From Octopus sinensis (lineage: Eukaryota), in the NCBI RefSeq assembly GCF_006345805.1, contig NC_043002.1:108314001-108378000 (forward strand): DNA of 64,000 nt, written 5' to 3'. The notes under the pieces are model-generated. The model saw nothing but the letters and a program-made list of their open reading frames with translations. It was not told the origin of the DNA and made no database searches. Shown here piece after piece: positions 25,451-39,669 of this stretch. The position numbers were made by a program, and so were the translations under genes. Numbering within the stretch: the first letter of the stretch is position 1; every line of letters starts with the position of its first letter.

Positions 25451-25919
25451 GGTAATAATAGAATGTTTTAGAAATTTCTGTCGACTTTTTTTCGAGTAGT
25501 GTGCATATTGTGAAAATATTATATGGTTAATGGACAATATGTCCAATTTTTCGGCATATCTGGCATTGGAAATTTTTTCGTTTGCCCTTAATTAGGAATT
25601 ATATATATATATATATAGGGAAAGAGAGAGAGAGAGAGAAAGAGACAGATAGACAGAGCGAAAGTATTAGCATAAAATAAGTGTTTGAGAGCATATGTGC
25701 ATAAACAGTTATCACTTATTTGATATACAGAAACAGATTTAAATAAATATACACATATATATGTTAGGAGTATACACACACACACACACATATGCTAAAC
25801 CTACACATCCCCTCCAATTTCTGAGGAAACTAGGGGTGGTCTGTGCAGTGAAAAATAATGAAGTTCATAAATTTGGATAAGAACACTTTAGTCAGGCATA
25901 ATATATGAATGTATGCGTG

Positions 25920-26190
25920 TGTGGAGGTGTGTGGCCTAGTGGTTAGGGTGTTACACCCACAATCACTAGACCATGGTTTCAATTCCCGGACAAGGTGGCA
26001 CATTGTGTTCTTGAACAAAACACTTCATTTCATGTTGCTCCAATCCACCTTTTAATCAGGTGATGGGGCAGGGTAGATATTGGCCTTCTTAGCTAGTCAG
26101 TGGGGTGTCCTCATTCAGAGGCTAAAACAATGCAAAGTGCATTGTGACCAGTGATGTGTAGCAACATCTGATAGTCTGATCAGTCACACG
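25920..26190 (+). mobile_element. tRNA-derived SINE family D variant
   Basis: TGGCCTAGTGGTTAG A box, GGTTTCAATTCCC B box, TGTGTTCTTGAACAAAACACTT body. Confidence 0.65.
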
Positions 26191-26454
26191 AAAGGGATTT
26201 GTAGAAAATTTCATTTAAAAATACCTATTTTTCAGAAAGTCATGAGGAAACAAAGCCAACTCATATAAATTTTCTGAAACTCCTCTCCCAACTTCCACGA
26301 AAACATTTTTTTAAAACAAATTCAGATACAATTGGAACCTACATCATCTGAAGCATATTTGTAGAAAATCTCATTAAAGATGTCCATTTTTCTGGAAGTT
26401 AAGAAAAACGTCAGTGGGGCACATTTGTGTAGGTATGCCCATTGCTTTAATATA

Positions 26455-26855
26455 GGTGTAGGCTGTGTGGTAAGAAGCTTGCTTCCCAACCACATGGTTT
26501 TGGGTTCAGTTCCACTGCATGGCACCTTGGGCTAGTGTCTTCTGCTGTAACCTCAGGCCAACCAAAACCTTGTGAGTGGATCTGGTAGACAGTAACTGAA
26601 AGAAGCCCATTTTATATATATATGTAAGTATGTATATATTTGTGTGTGTGTGTGTCTGTACTTGTCGCCCCACCATTACCTGACAGACTAATGTAGGTGT
26701 GTTTACATCTCCGTACATCAGCGGTTCAGCAAAATAGACTGATAGAATAAGTACTAGGCTTACAAAGAATAAGTCCTGGGGTTGATTTGTTCAACTAAAG
26801 GTGATGCTCCCGCATGACCGCAATCAAATGACTATAACAAGTAAATGAATAAATG
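26455..26855 (+). mobile_element. SINE family A
   Basis: Consensus match, diverged. Confidence 0.75.
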
Positions 26856-27464
26856 AAACATAAGTAATACTACAGTTACACTGCTATTAAATATCTACAT
26901 ATTGGATTGCTTTGCCTCACTTTCATTTTGTATGGAACACTATTTGATTATATAACTGTATGTTATATATAAACAAACAATACACTTCTTTTGTTTGGTT
27001 TGCATCAAAAGGGTGACAGTAATATGAATGAGATGAGATGGGCTTAATTTTTCACTACTCATACACATAGATAGGACAATGGTATTTACGATGATATAGT
27101 GTTTAGTAATGAATACTAATTGTATTAAAAATGCATCAAAATGTGTGTGTGTGTGTGTAGATATTTATATATATACACATACATCTATTAAAATTTATTG
27201 CTGCATTTAGGTAGTAATTTTTCATTGCTTTATAAATGCATATTCTTTAAACATAATTGCATTTCATCTTGTAGTTCTATTTTATATTTTTCCACTGCTG
27301 ATATTTGAGTTTCCACCATGTTGCATGTCTTGCTAGCCTTCTTCCCACATACATATTTATACATGTACGCTATAGGAATACATGATACAATAATATCGAA
27401 TCAATGTAAAACATGCTATCTTAAAGATAGCATGTTCTCATTAGTGTGTATGTATATATATGTA

Positions 27465-29910
27465 CACACACACACACATACATACGCACATGTATGCTTG
27501 TATGCATGCATGTGTGTACAGTCACATTTCACATTTGTGTCAGTATGTATGTTTACTTCTGCCCTTCTCTGAAAATCTGAGTTACAAGCAGTGATGTAGA
27601 TGTATTTATCTGGTCAGCAAATCATCCTTGGGTGTTATCTTTGAAGAATTGTGAAATAAGAGATCCATTACTTGAGAGACAAATAAAAGTTAGTGACAGG
27701 AAAGGCATCCAACTTAATATATCAATAATATACATCTTCCCTATGCAAATGTGAAAAAATAGACATAAAACTGAAAGAAAGAAGAATAAAAGTGTGTGTG
27801 TTTATCTCTTCTATTCTATTCTGTTTCATATTCACACTTTCTCTTTTTCTCTCTCACTTTCCAGGTGAGCAAGCCATGCATTCATCTCTTCAACAAGACA
27901 CCAACTCCTCTCCCTCTATCAGACTTTCTTATTCCTCCTATCTATACCCTGCTCAGTTGAGCAGTCTTATCTTGCAGATACTTGACATCCTCACTGGTGC
28001 TGGTACCATATAAATATACACCCAGTACACTCTGTTGAGTGTCTGGCATTAGGAAAGGCACACAGTTATAGAAACCATGTCAAGGCAGACACAGAACCTG
28101 GTGGAGCACTTTGGCTCATCTGTTCTTTGCAAACCATCCAACCCTTACCAGCATGGAAAGAGGATGTTAAGTGATGATGATGATGATGGTTGTGGTAGTG
28201 ATAAATGTCAGTTAAAGGCGGCGAGCTGGCAGAAATGTTAGCACGCCGGGCGAAATGCGTAGCCGTATTTCGTCTGCATTACGTTGTGAGTTCAAATTCC
28301 GCCGAGGTCGACTTTGCCTTTCATCCTTTCTGGGTCGATAAATTAAGTACCAGTTATACACTGGGGTCGATCTAATCGACTTAATACTTATGTCTGTCCT
28401 TGTTTGTCCCCTCTGTGTTTAGCCCCTTGTGGGTAATAAAGAAATAGGTTGTGGTAGTGATACACACACATACATGATAGGCTTCTGCTAATTTCATTCA
28501 CAGGAAGATATTTGCTCAAGGTGTCCAGCAGGAGGATTGAACCAAAGACCACATGTGTTCAAAGTGAACTTAACTACTTATCCATACCTTTGCCCCCTGC
28601 CAAACAGACATACAGAGACACTCATTCTCCTGCCTTTACACACTCGAAATGGGTATACATCTGTAGAGATTTCTGCACATACATGCATACACACACACAC
28701 ACATACATACGCACATGTATGCTTGTATGCATGCATGTGTGTACAGTCACATTTCACATTTGTGTCAGTATGTATGTTTACTTCTGCCCTTCTCTGAAAA
28801 TCTGAGTTACAAGCAGTGATGTAGATGTATTTATCTGGTCAGCAAATCATCCTTGGGTGTTATCTTTGAAGAATTGTGAAATAAGAGACCCATTACTTGA
28901 GAGACAAATAAAAGTTAGTGACAGGAAAGGCATCCAACTTAATATATCAATAATATACATATTTCCTATGCAAATGTGAAAAAATAGACATAAAACTGAA
29001 AGAAAGAAGAATAAAAGTGTGTGTATCTCTTCTATTCTATTCTGTTTCATATTCACACTATCTTTCTCTTTTTCTCTTTCACTTTCCAGGTGAGCAAGCC
29101 ATGCATTCATCTCTTCAACAAGAGACCAACTCCTCTCCCTCTATCAGACTTTCTTATTCCTCCTGTCTATATCCTGCTCAGTTGAGCAGTCTTATCTTGC
29201 AGATACTTGGCGTCCTCACTGATGCTGGTACCATATAAAAAACACCCAGTACACTCTGTTGAGTGTCTGGCATTAGGAAAGGCACACAGTTATAGAAACC
29301 ATGTCAAGGCAGACAGAACCTGGTGGAGCACTTTGGCTCATCTGTTCTTTGCAAACCATCCAACCCTTACCAGCATGGAAAGAGGATGTTAAGTGATGAT
29401 GATGATGATGGTTGTGGTAGTGATAAATGTCAGTTAAAGGCGGCGAGCTGGCAGAAAAGTTAGCACGCCGGGCGAAATGCGTAGCCATATTTCGTCTGCG
29501 TTACGTTGTGAGTTCAAATTCCGCCGAGGTCGACTTTGCCTTTCATTTTTTCGGGGTCGATAAATTAAGTACCAGTTACGCACTGGGGTCGATCTAATCG
29601 ACTTTATACCTATGTCTGTCCTTGTTTGTCCCCTCTGTGTTTAGCCCCTTGTGGGTAATAAAGAAATAGGTTGTGGTAGTGATACACACACATACATGAT
29701 AGGCTTCTGCTAATTTCATTCACAGGAAGATATTTGCTCAAGGTGTCCAGCAGGAGGATTGAACCGAAGACCACATGGGTTCAAAGTGAACTTAACTACT
29801 TATCCATACCTTTGCCCCCTGCCAAACAGACATACAGAGACACTCATTCTCCTGCCTTTACACACTCGAAATGGGTATACATCTGTAGAGATTTCTGCAC
29901 ATACATATGC
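27465..29910. repeat. Local tandem duplication, two ~1.22-kb units
   Basis: Offset 1222-1225 bp (27792 vs 29017; 28512 vs 29734); each unit carries the same RTE tail and SINE B; few substitutions. Confidence 0.92.
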
Positions 29911-30809
29911 ATGCATACATAAACACACACACACACACATGCAGAGTGAAGGAGAGAGACACAGACAAAGAGAGGGGGAGAGATGCCAGTATTTATATGT
30001 GTGCTCATACTGTAAGACTTAATTATCATGGCTTAATGAACAGAATGAAGTCGCACAAAACGAGTTCTGTGTATGTGAAATTACTGCTGCAACAATAGTG
30101 ATTCTGTGTACACCAAGGGCCTTTGGTATCATGGAGGAAAAAGAAGATGGCAGTGATGGGTGTCAGGTAGGGAGGTGATCATAGCTTCTGCTAAAACATT
30201 CATTATCAGACACGACCAGTGGTATGGAATATAAGGTCCATAGTTGAACATAGAACTGAACTAAACTGACACAACTAACGAGTTTGTTTCATTTGCCGTG
30301 TCCCCTCCCCCCCCACTCTCCTTCAATCTTTCGCGATAATAGATCCTGTGTTTATACTTTTCTCTGCTGCACAGAAGCAAGTAGTTTGCTTACTGAACGG
30401 ATGGCTTCAATGAAAAGCATGTTATATAAACTGTAATATCACACACTCAACGGTGTGTGTGTGTGTATACATGTGTGTGTGGGGGGGGGAGCACACGTCT
30501 GTGAGTTATGTATGTAAGTATGAGTCGAATGTGACAGGATATGTGTGTGTGTGTGTCTTTATGAAAAAACTTTTGTGAGATGTATTTAATTAATTATACA
30601 CACTGAGAAACAGTTATATATATATATATATCCATATATATATATATGGATATATATATATATATATATATTATATATACACATGTATATATATATATAT
30701 ATATACACACATGTATATATATATATATATATATACATATATTTATCTCTCTCTCTCTATATATATATATATATACACATATCTATCTATCTATCTATAT
30801 ATGTATATG

Positions 30810-30841
<32 letters not shown>

Positions 30842-31424
30842 AGGATAGCAATGGCAGAACCATTAGAAACTTGGAAAAAAAACTTCTTGCCCTATTTATC
30901 TAAGCTCCCTAAGTTCTGCTTTCAAATCCCACTAAAATCAAATTTACTTTACAACCTTCTGGGGTTGATGAAATAAAAGAACCAATTCCAATGAAGAACT
31001 GGAGTTGAGTTCCTTGACTAAGCAGTCTGACTGTTTGACTTTAATCTCATCACTCCTGTAATGACACTGGTTCCAAATTATAGCCAAACTTTCTCCTAAA
31101 CATTTCCTCCCCCCTTTCTCTCTCTCTCTCCTCCTTTCTTTCTCTCCCTCCCTCTCTCTCTCATTATAGATGGCAGAGAGAGAGAGAGAGAGAGAGCGGA
31201 GGAACATTTGGCATGACCTAGAGTTGGTCTCCCGTAGAACCTTGACCTGGCCTGCACCCTGGATGCAACAACACTCTAACATTGCTTTACTGGACTCTAG
31301 AAACTCAGATTGAAGTAAATCTTTCCCAGGGCAGATCCATGGTCATACAAAACATGCCTGCCAAAGAATACATACATATGTATACATATATACATGGGTG
31401 TGTGTATGTGTGTATTTGCATGTG

Positions 31425-31467
<43 letters not shown>

Positions 31468-31986
31468 GTAGGCATGGCTTCCAAACGTGCAAGCATGCTA
31501 TATGTAGTAAACAAGTTTGCTTCATAACCACCTTGCTTCAGGTTCAGTCCTACTGTGTGACACCTTGGGCAAGTGTCTTCTGCTATAGACCCAGGCTGAC
31601 CAAAGCATTGTGATAGGATTTGGTAGACGGAAACTAAAAGGAAGCTCACTGATTATATTTGTAATAAGTACAGGGCTGGCTTTGAGGTTGAGAAGTTTGC
31701 TTTCCAACCCCCATGCACTCTTGGATAAGAGTCCCATCGTGCAACACCTTCAGCAAATATTTACTTTAGCACCTGACTAATCAAAGACTTGTGAGTGAAT
31801 TTAGTAGACAGAAACTGAAAGAAGACTAGTGTGTGTGTGTATGTGTGTGTGAGAGAGAGAGAGTGAATGTGTTTAAGCTGTATGTATCCTTGTTTTTAAA
31901 ATAGACAAACTGTATCTCTGCCAATTGTAAGCAACACTTGAAAAGATTGACTCCGGGTAGGGCATCTGGCCTTAAAACAGTACTTT

Positions 31987-32210
31987 AAAAGAGGTGACCA
32001 TAACAGGACGTTTTACATGCTAGACGGAACAGTCAAATTCCAAACCATGGTCAAGAGCAATTTTGAAGGGAATAAAAAAATAAAAACAATATTTACCTCC
32101 CATACCTAGGTTTCAAAATTGCTCTTAACCGTGGTTTGGACTTTGATTGTTCCTTCTAGCATGTAAGACGTCCTATTATGGTCACCTCTTTTGTGCTTAA
32201 ATATACATTC
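31987..32210. repeat. Foldback (MITE-like) element, copy 1
   Basis: ~80-bp imperfect inverted arms AAAAGAGGTGACCATAACAGGACG.../...CGTCCTATTATGGTCACCTCTTTT. Confidence 0.8.
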
Positions 32211-32525
32211 TTTAAAAAGTCCCAGCCAACTCATGGTGTTACAGAAAAGTGGGTGTAAACTCTATATTTATAGGTGTGTGTGTGTGTGTTCAGGTGTATG
32301 TGCAAGTATACATTTCAAAAACTGATGAGGAAAACCGTGCTCAACATATAGGGTAGAGCTTATTTGTATAGAGTTGATGATTCCCATTACTGCTATTGGC
32401 AGTTTTACAGAATTCATTCATTGAAGTTTTCCTTTATATTGTCAAAATGGTCTTCACAAAACTCAGAGTAGCTGCTCAAGAGAAAATCATATATATACAC
32501 AAGTATGTGTACACGTATATTGTAT

Positions 32526-32764
32526 GAATGTATATTTAAACACAAAAGAGGTGACCATAACAGGACGTCTTACATGCTAGAAGGAACAATCAAAATGCAA
32601 ACCACGGTTAAGAGCAATTTTGAAACCTAGGTATGGGAGGTAAATATTATTTTTATTTTTTTATTCCCTTCGAAATTGCTGTTGACCATAGTTTGGATTT
32701 TGACTGTTCCTTCTAGCATGTAAGACGTCCTGTTATGGTCACCTCTTTTGTGTTTAAATGTACA
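32526..32764. repeat. Foldback (MITE-like) element, copy 2, inverted relative to copy 1
   Basis: ~95-bp arms; the loop is the reverse complement of the copy 1 loop. Confidence 0.8.
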
Positions 32765-32791
32765 GTATTTTTCTATGAAAAATATGTTGTC

Positions 32792-33194
32792 TACTCTTTA
32801 CTCTTTTACTTGTTTCAGTCATTTGATAGCGGCCATGCTGGAGCACCGCCTTTAGTCAAGCAAATCAACCCCAGGACTTATTCTTTGTAAGCCCAGTACT
32901 TATTCTATCGGTCTCTTTTGCCGAACCGCTAAGTGACAGGGACGTAAACACACCAGCATCAGTTGTCAGGCAATGCTAGGGGGACAAACACAGACACACA
33001 AACACACACATACATATATATATATATATACATATATACAACAGGCTTCTTTCAGTTTCTGTCTACCAAATCCACTCACAAGGCATTGGTCGGCCCGGGG
33101 CTATAGCAGAAGACACTTGCCCAAGATGCCACACAGTGGGACTGAACCCGGAACCATGTGGTTGGTTAGCAAGCTACTTACCACACAGCCACTC
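32792..33194 (-). mobile_element. SINE family A, full length
   Basis: Reverse complement of consensus. Confidence 0.85.
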
Positions 33195-33785
33195 CATATA
33201 TATTTTATATATGTTAGCCACTGGCATAAAAATTTTTATAATTTTCCTTTTCCTGAATATTTTCTTAGTATGAATGTATATGCATCTATGTGTGGTGCTT
33301 TGCAAACAACTCGCACATGCAAGTGCTACCAGTCGAAAGTTCCACACACCGGAAGCCAGCAAGTGTATGGGGCCATCAGGAGAGAAGGCATGCTACTTCA
33401 GGGCCTACCTCTTGATGGCATCATTGAGCACCAGCTGTCCCCCTCACTGACATGAGACCTCGCTTGCTAGATCAACTGGTTATCAAATAGAGCTCGCACA
33501 AATATATCTATGTTTTAATAACTCCCAAGGGATTCCATATCAGGCCTCATAATTAATGTCGTGTATTTACAAGAAACATTTCCCCTGTGGACCCTTCCAA
33601 CAGTTTTACCCCAAAGTAGCTTTAAGCAAATAATCAGTTATTTACTTCTGCCAGCTGAGTGAAGTGAGGCGGAACAGAATAACGTGTGTTGTTCAGATAT
33701 ACATCACAGCACCCTGCTGTTGAATAATTTACTCAACGTTTATGAGCCATTGGTACTCAACACATACAGCCAGTTATTTTACACT

Positions 33786-33819
<34 letters not shown>

Positions 33820-33890
33820 TATGCACACAGCCAAGTCCCAATGGTGATGAAGGGCTGATGTCATGACTTAAGCATTTGTAGTCCTGTAGT

Positions 33891-34268
33891 GGAGGCGCAA
33901 TGGCCCAGTGGTTAGGGCAGCGGACTCGCGGTCGTAGGATCGCGGTTTCAATTCCCAGACTGGGCGTTGTGAGTGTTTATTGAGCGAAAACACCTAAAGC
34001 TCCACGAGGCTCCGGCAGGGGATGGTGGTGATCCCTGCTGTACTCTTTCACCACAACTTTCTCTCACTCTTTCTTCCTGTTTCTGTTGTACCTGTATTTC
34101 AAAGGTCCGGCCTTATCACTCTCTGTGTCACGCTGAATATCTCCGAGAACTACGTTAAGGGTACACGTGTCTGTGGAGTGCTCAGCCACTTGCACGTTAA
34201 TTTCACGAGCAGGCTGTTCCGTTGGTCGGATCAACCGGAACCCTCGTCGTCGTAACCGACGGAGTGCT
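33891..34268 (+). mobile_element. tRNA-derived SINE family D (young, CpG-rich)
   Basis: tRNA-like head GGAGGCGCAATGGCCCAGTGGTTAGGGCAGCGGACTCGCGGTCG with B box GGTTTCAATTCCC, followed by a non-tRNA body. Confidence 0.8.
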
Positions 34269-34899
34269 TCCATTCCAGTCCTGTTGGAACCCACTCCACT
34301 TCAGGGTGGAACCACAGCTAATTTCTTCAAGAAAGAGAAGAACCAACCCCAGTGCATGACTGGTACTTCATCAGCCTTGAAAGGACGAAAGGCAAAGTTA
34401 AAGGTAAAGGTAAACAGTACAGAGATTTGAACTCAGAGTACAGAAAGTCAGAACAAATAATACAAGGCAACAACATATCCAATACTGCGACAATACAGCT
34501 GATTCACACACAAGTAGCAGCAGCAGCAGTAGTAGTAGTAGTAAGTAGTAGTAGTAGTAGTTGTTGTAGTAGTATCATTATCAGATGTAGACACATACAG
34601 ACATATGTTACATATGAAGAACAAACATTAGCTGATATAGAACTCAACACAGAATACAGAGTATTGTCCCAAAATATCATCTAGAGTGAAGTCATAGTCA
34701 AGTTAAATAAAACTAACAGCAGTTAACTACTGCACTGATTTTAAAATGGTGATGTCCATAAAGGTAGTGCTCCAGCATGACCAGAGTCTTATGATTAGAA
34801 CTAGTAAAAGAATATATGTTTGCATACTTTTGGGTTGCAAAAACATGGAAGACTTCTGTCAAAAGGTTAGGAGTGTGTTTAGGCCTGATATATGCTCGT

Positions 34900-35431
34900 G
34901 TTTATTTATACATACATATATACACACATATACAAAACATACATGCATAAAGGAATATACACATGTAAAGCTTGTTTAATGTTAGTGCAGTGATACATAC
35001 ACCCACACATGTATACATACCAATCTTACATGTAGGAATGCATATAAAACTTCTTTCCAAGACAACACATACTCTGTATGTCTATGTATGTGGTTATGTA
35101 ACTGTGTGTGTGTGTGTGTCTACACATATATACATACACACATACACTCAATTACTATATACCATATTGTATTCATATCCTATTTCTCAAGATATATCAG
35201 CTGATATCCATGTATATACACATACAAACATATATACAAATACACACACATGTATATGGACATACAATACATATATACACATACATACATATATATATAT
35301 GCATGCATACAAACATGCACATATATATATATACATACATGTGTGAGTGTGTGTGTACACATATATATATATATACACACATTCATGCATACATTCACAC
35401 ACATATCTATACATACAAACACACACATGCA

Positions 35432-35469
<38 letters not shown>

Positions 35470-35750
35470 CACATATTCATGCAATATTTGTGTATATATT
35501 TAAACAGACACATACATGCATTTTCATTCATATATGTATATACTTATACACACACATACATACATACGCATTCAGATATGTATGTATGTATACAATTGCA
35601 CAGCCACATGCATATACACACACACAAATGTTGACATGTTTATCTACCTATGCAGAGAACTGTATATATGTCATCTTGAAGTAGATATCAGATATCTGCT
35701 ATGTTTACATGTTTAACAACATAATTGTGTATATGCATATGTGTGTGTGT
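34900..35750. repeat. Low-complexity (CA/TA)n tract
   Basis: Degenerate ACAT/ACAC/ATAT repeats. Confidence 0.85.
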
Positions 35751-35950
35751 GAGATATCAATGGTATACCACATTATCATGTTTATCATATAATGGTATCT
35801 CTCCTCCCACCCCGGGTAGAGAGCATATAGGAAGCTCCAGGAAAGAAGACTTGTTTAGCCCCAGGTTAGCTCTCATCCTGCAGACCTATGATCAAAGGAA
35901 TTCCAATTTACTTTCAATTATGCCCTTTCTTTTTTTTTTATATATATATA

Positions 35951-36745
35951 GGCCCAGGAGTGGCTGTGTGGTAAGTAGCTTGCTTACCAACCACATGGTT
36001 CCGGGTTCAGTCCCACTGCGTGACACCTTGGGCAAGTGTCTTCTGCTATAGTCCTGGGCCAACCAATGCCTTGTGAGTGGATTTGGTAGACGGAAACTGA
36101 AAGCAGCCTGTTGTATATATATGTATGTGTGTGTGTTTGTGTGTCTGTGTTTGTTCCCCTAGCATTGCTTGATAACCGATGCTGGTGTGTTTACGTCCCC
36201 GTCACTTAGAGGTTCGGCAAAAGAGACTGATAGAATAAGTACTGGGCTTGCAAAGAATAAGTCCCGGGGTCGATTTGCTCGACTAAAGGCGGTGCTCCAG
36301 CATGGCCGCAGTCAAATGACTGAAACAAGTAAGAGTAAAAGAGTATAGGCCCAGGAGTGGCTGTGTGGTAAGTAGCTTGCTTACCAACCACATGGTTCCG
36401 GGTTCAGTCCCACTGCGTGACACCTTGGGCAAGTGTCTTCTACTATAGCCTCGGGCCGACCAAAGCCTTGTGAGTGGATTTGGTAGACGGAAACTGAAAG
36501 AAGCCCGTAGTATATATGTATATGTACATGTGTGTGTTTGTGTGTCTGTATTTGTCCCCCCAACATCGCTTGACAACCGACGCGGGTGTGTTTACGTCCC
36601 CGTAACTTAGTGGTTCGGCAAAAGAGACCGATAGAATAAGTACTAAGCTTACAAAGAATAAGTCCTGGGGTTGAGTTGCTCGACTAAAGGCGGTGCTCCA
36701 GCATGGTCGCAGTCAAATGACCGAAACAAGTAAAAGAGTAAAGAG
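35951..36745 (+). mobile_element. Two head-to-tail SINE family A copies
   Basis: Both begin TATAGGCCCAGGAGTGGCTGTGTGG and share the GCGTGACACC variant. Confidence 0.85.
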
Positions 36746-37768
36746 GAGAGTAATGTATCATGATGGTACGGTGTAATTTGAGGGAGATTTGGCTGCTATT
36801 TTTTGTAGGTTGAGTGACTGTATAGAAGCGCTTTTGAAGTCTGATCAGCTCGAGGGATGAATGTTGACAAAAGACACAATAAAAGAAAAAGAACAAAAAA
36901 AAGGGAAAAAAATAATAAAGCAACTCATAGCTCTTACCTTGTCAACTAGGGAGACGTAAGCATCCATGCACAGCGTAATATGGGAGAAAGAGAAAAAGAA
37001 GATCCCAGGTGAAGCAACACAGTGTAGGAATGTGGTAAGCTCTCAGTTACATCTCCTACCACCACTCCTACTATATTGCAACTTCTCCCACCAATATGTC
37101 ATTAATGACAAACAGTGGTCTTTAACGAGCACTAATGCTTATTGATTGGAAAACAAAAGGAAATAAATAAATATATCAACGAATATATTACTGTTCTGTG
37201 TTGTGTTGTGGAAGGAGGGATTTAACATAGCTTCCAGTGTAACACTTTCTAACTGGCGGCGGCCGTTGTAATTGTAGGTGGTGGTGGTGGTGATGGTATT
37301 AGTAGGACTGATGGGGTAGGGAGATTTGTTGTTGTAGTGGTAGTAGTGGTGGTGGTGGTGGTGGTGCTATGGGTGTTATGTTAGCTGGCCGGTTGGCTGG
37401 TTGGTTTGATGATTGTTAGTGGTGTTTGCTTATTGGAGTGTAAGAAACACGTTAGCATTGGTGACTATGTGTATAAGTGTGTGAATACACACACTATATC
37501 TACATCCATTCATATATATGTATGTATGTATATATATATATTATAGTGCATGTATACACATATTTATGTATAGTGAATAAATGCCTTGATTAGATGAATT
37601 AAGAAGTGCCTAATGAGGTTCATGTGTGAATTTGCCATATATATATATATATATATAGATATATATATATATATAGATTTATATATATACATACACACAA
37701 ACACATGCATATGTATATAACACACACACATCTACATATGTAAATACAAGTGTCAAGTGTTTGTACTG

Positions 37769-37848
<80 letters not shown>

Positions 37849-38444
37849 CATATGTGTGTGGTATCAAACACATATGAGCATATGTATTTTCAGGAAAACA
37901 AATACACATGTAGATATACAACAACCAATGTAGGTACTGTGCACATATATAAAATATATATATACATACGCGCACACACACATATGTATGCATGTATATA
38001 TATAACACCTCTACACACATAAACACAAACTAACAATACAATCTTTTACACTGTTGACTGGATTGTAGTTTACTTTTAAAAATAAACTTGGAACAATGAG
38101 AGCTTTTCTTTTGGAACAGTTTCCAAGGCAACACTAAGTGTTTTCACAATTATTTAAAATTACATAATTTATAGCTTCTGTAAGGAAAGATGGTTTTTTT
38201 GCCTTCCCTTATATAAGTTTTTTATTGGGTCATAATAACTTTCATGCACACACATACACACACATTGTATCATTTAATATATGTGTTCAATGTTGACCTG
38301 GGTTAAATGGTATGATGTGATCCAACCAGCCTGAGGGCTACATTGGCCTCCAATGTCTGCTTTGGAAAGGTTTCTATGGCTGGTTGCCCTTCCTAATGCC
38401 AACCATTTCACAGTGCACTGGCTACTTTTTAGTTCTTATTTTTT

Positions 38445-38800
38445 TAAGCTTGCTTCCCAATCACATGGTTTCAGGTTCAGTCCCACTGCGTGGCACCTTA
38501 GGCAAGAGTTTTCTACTATAGCAATGGGCCATCCAAAGCCTTGTTATTGGATTTGGTAGATGGAAACTGAAAGAATCCCATCATGTGTGTGTGTACCTTC
38601 ATGTCTTTTTGTCCTCCCGTCACTGCTTGACAACCGGTGTTGCTGTGTTTAAATCCCCGTAACCTAGCGGTTCAACAAAAGGACTGATAGAATAAGTACT
38701 CAGCTTGAAAAATAAGTCCTGGAGTTAATCTGTTTGACTAAAAACCTTCAAGACGGTGCTCCAGCATGGCCACAGTCAAATGACTGAAATAAATAAAAGA
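38445..38800 (+). mobile_element. SINE family A, diverged
   Basis: Consensus match. Confidence 0.7.
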
Positions 38801-38994
38801 ATATATATATAACACCTTGTAGACTGTAAAGTGGTTGGTGTTGGGAAGGGCATCCAGTCGTAGAAACCATACCAAAGCAGATAATTGGAACCTGGTGCAG
38901 CTCTCTGGTTGGCCAGTTCCTGTCAAACTATCCAACCTGTTCCAGCATGGAAAACAGACATTAAATGATTATGATGGTGATGATATATATATAT

Positions 38995-39213
38995 AGTTAA
39001 TCCAAACAAGAAAACAAAAAGACAACAACGCAAGGATGTGGAACAAATAAAGTATTATTGGACACTCAGGAAAGAAGGGAAGAAGGAGGGTTTGACATTT
39101 CGAGCGGAGCTCTTCGTCGGAAACATAGGAGAAGGAAAGATCCCGAGACGGGAGGACAGAGGAAAAAAAATTGCCGGTGGTATTCACGAGGTCACATACT
39201 AAAAGACGGAAGT

Positions 39214-39217
<4 letters not shown>
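38995..39217 (-). mobile_element. Penelope-like terminal-repeat unit in (TA)n with hammerhead-like motif
   Basis: (TA)n on both sides; minus strand GTTT-CCGACGA-A-GAGC-TCC-GCTC-GAAA-TG-TC-AAAC at 39090-39124. Confidence 0.6.
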
Positions 39218-39275
<58 letters not shown>

Positions 39276-39278
39276 ATA

Positions 39279-39335
<57 letters not shown>

Positions 39336-39346
39336 TATATATATAT

Positions 39347-39646
39347 GGTTGTTCCTTCTCAAGCCATGCCTGGCTCATAAGGGCTGGTTTACGGTTTCCT
39401 TGGCATATAGGTTCCCCACCTGGACAGGACACTGGTCCACCGCAGGTAAGCTGCAAGATGCAGGAGGAAAGAGTGAGAGAAAGTTGTGGCAAAAGAGTCA
39501 GCAGAAGTTCGCCATTACCTTCTGCCGGAGCTGCATGGGGCTTAGGTGTTTTTGCTCATAAACACACACATTGCCCGGTCTGAGATTCGAACCCGCAATC
39601 CCTCGACCGCAAGTCTGCTGCTCTAACCTCTAGGCCATGTGCCTCC
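39347..39646 (-). mobile_element. tRNA-derived SINE family D with alternative 3' tail
   Basis: Head and body match 33891; tail CCTGCGGTGGACCAGTGTCCTGTCCAGG differs. Confidence 0.75.
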
Positions 39647-39669
39647 ACACACACACACACACATATATA

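Noticed and set aside
32320-32345. CTGATGAGGAAA hammerhead-like string
   Set aside because: No room for stem II and no flanking stems; chance match.
33891-33965. tRNA gene
   Set aside because: A/B boxes are present, but there is no complete acceptor stem or poly-T terminator, and it continues into a SINE body shared with other copies.
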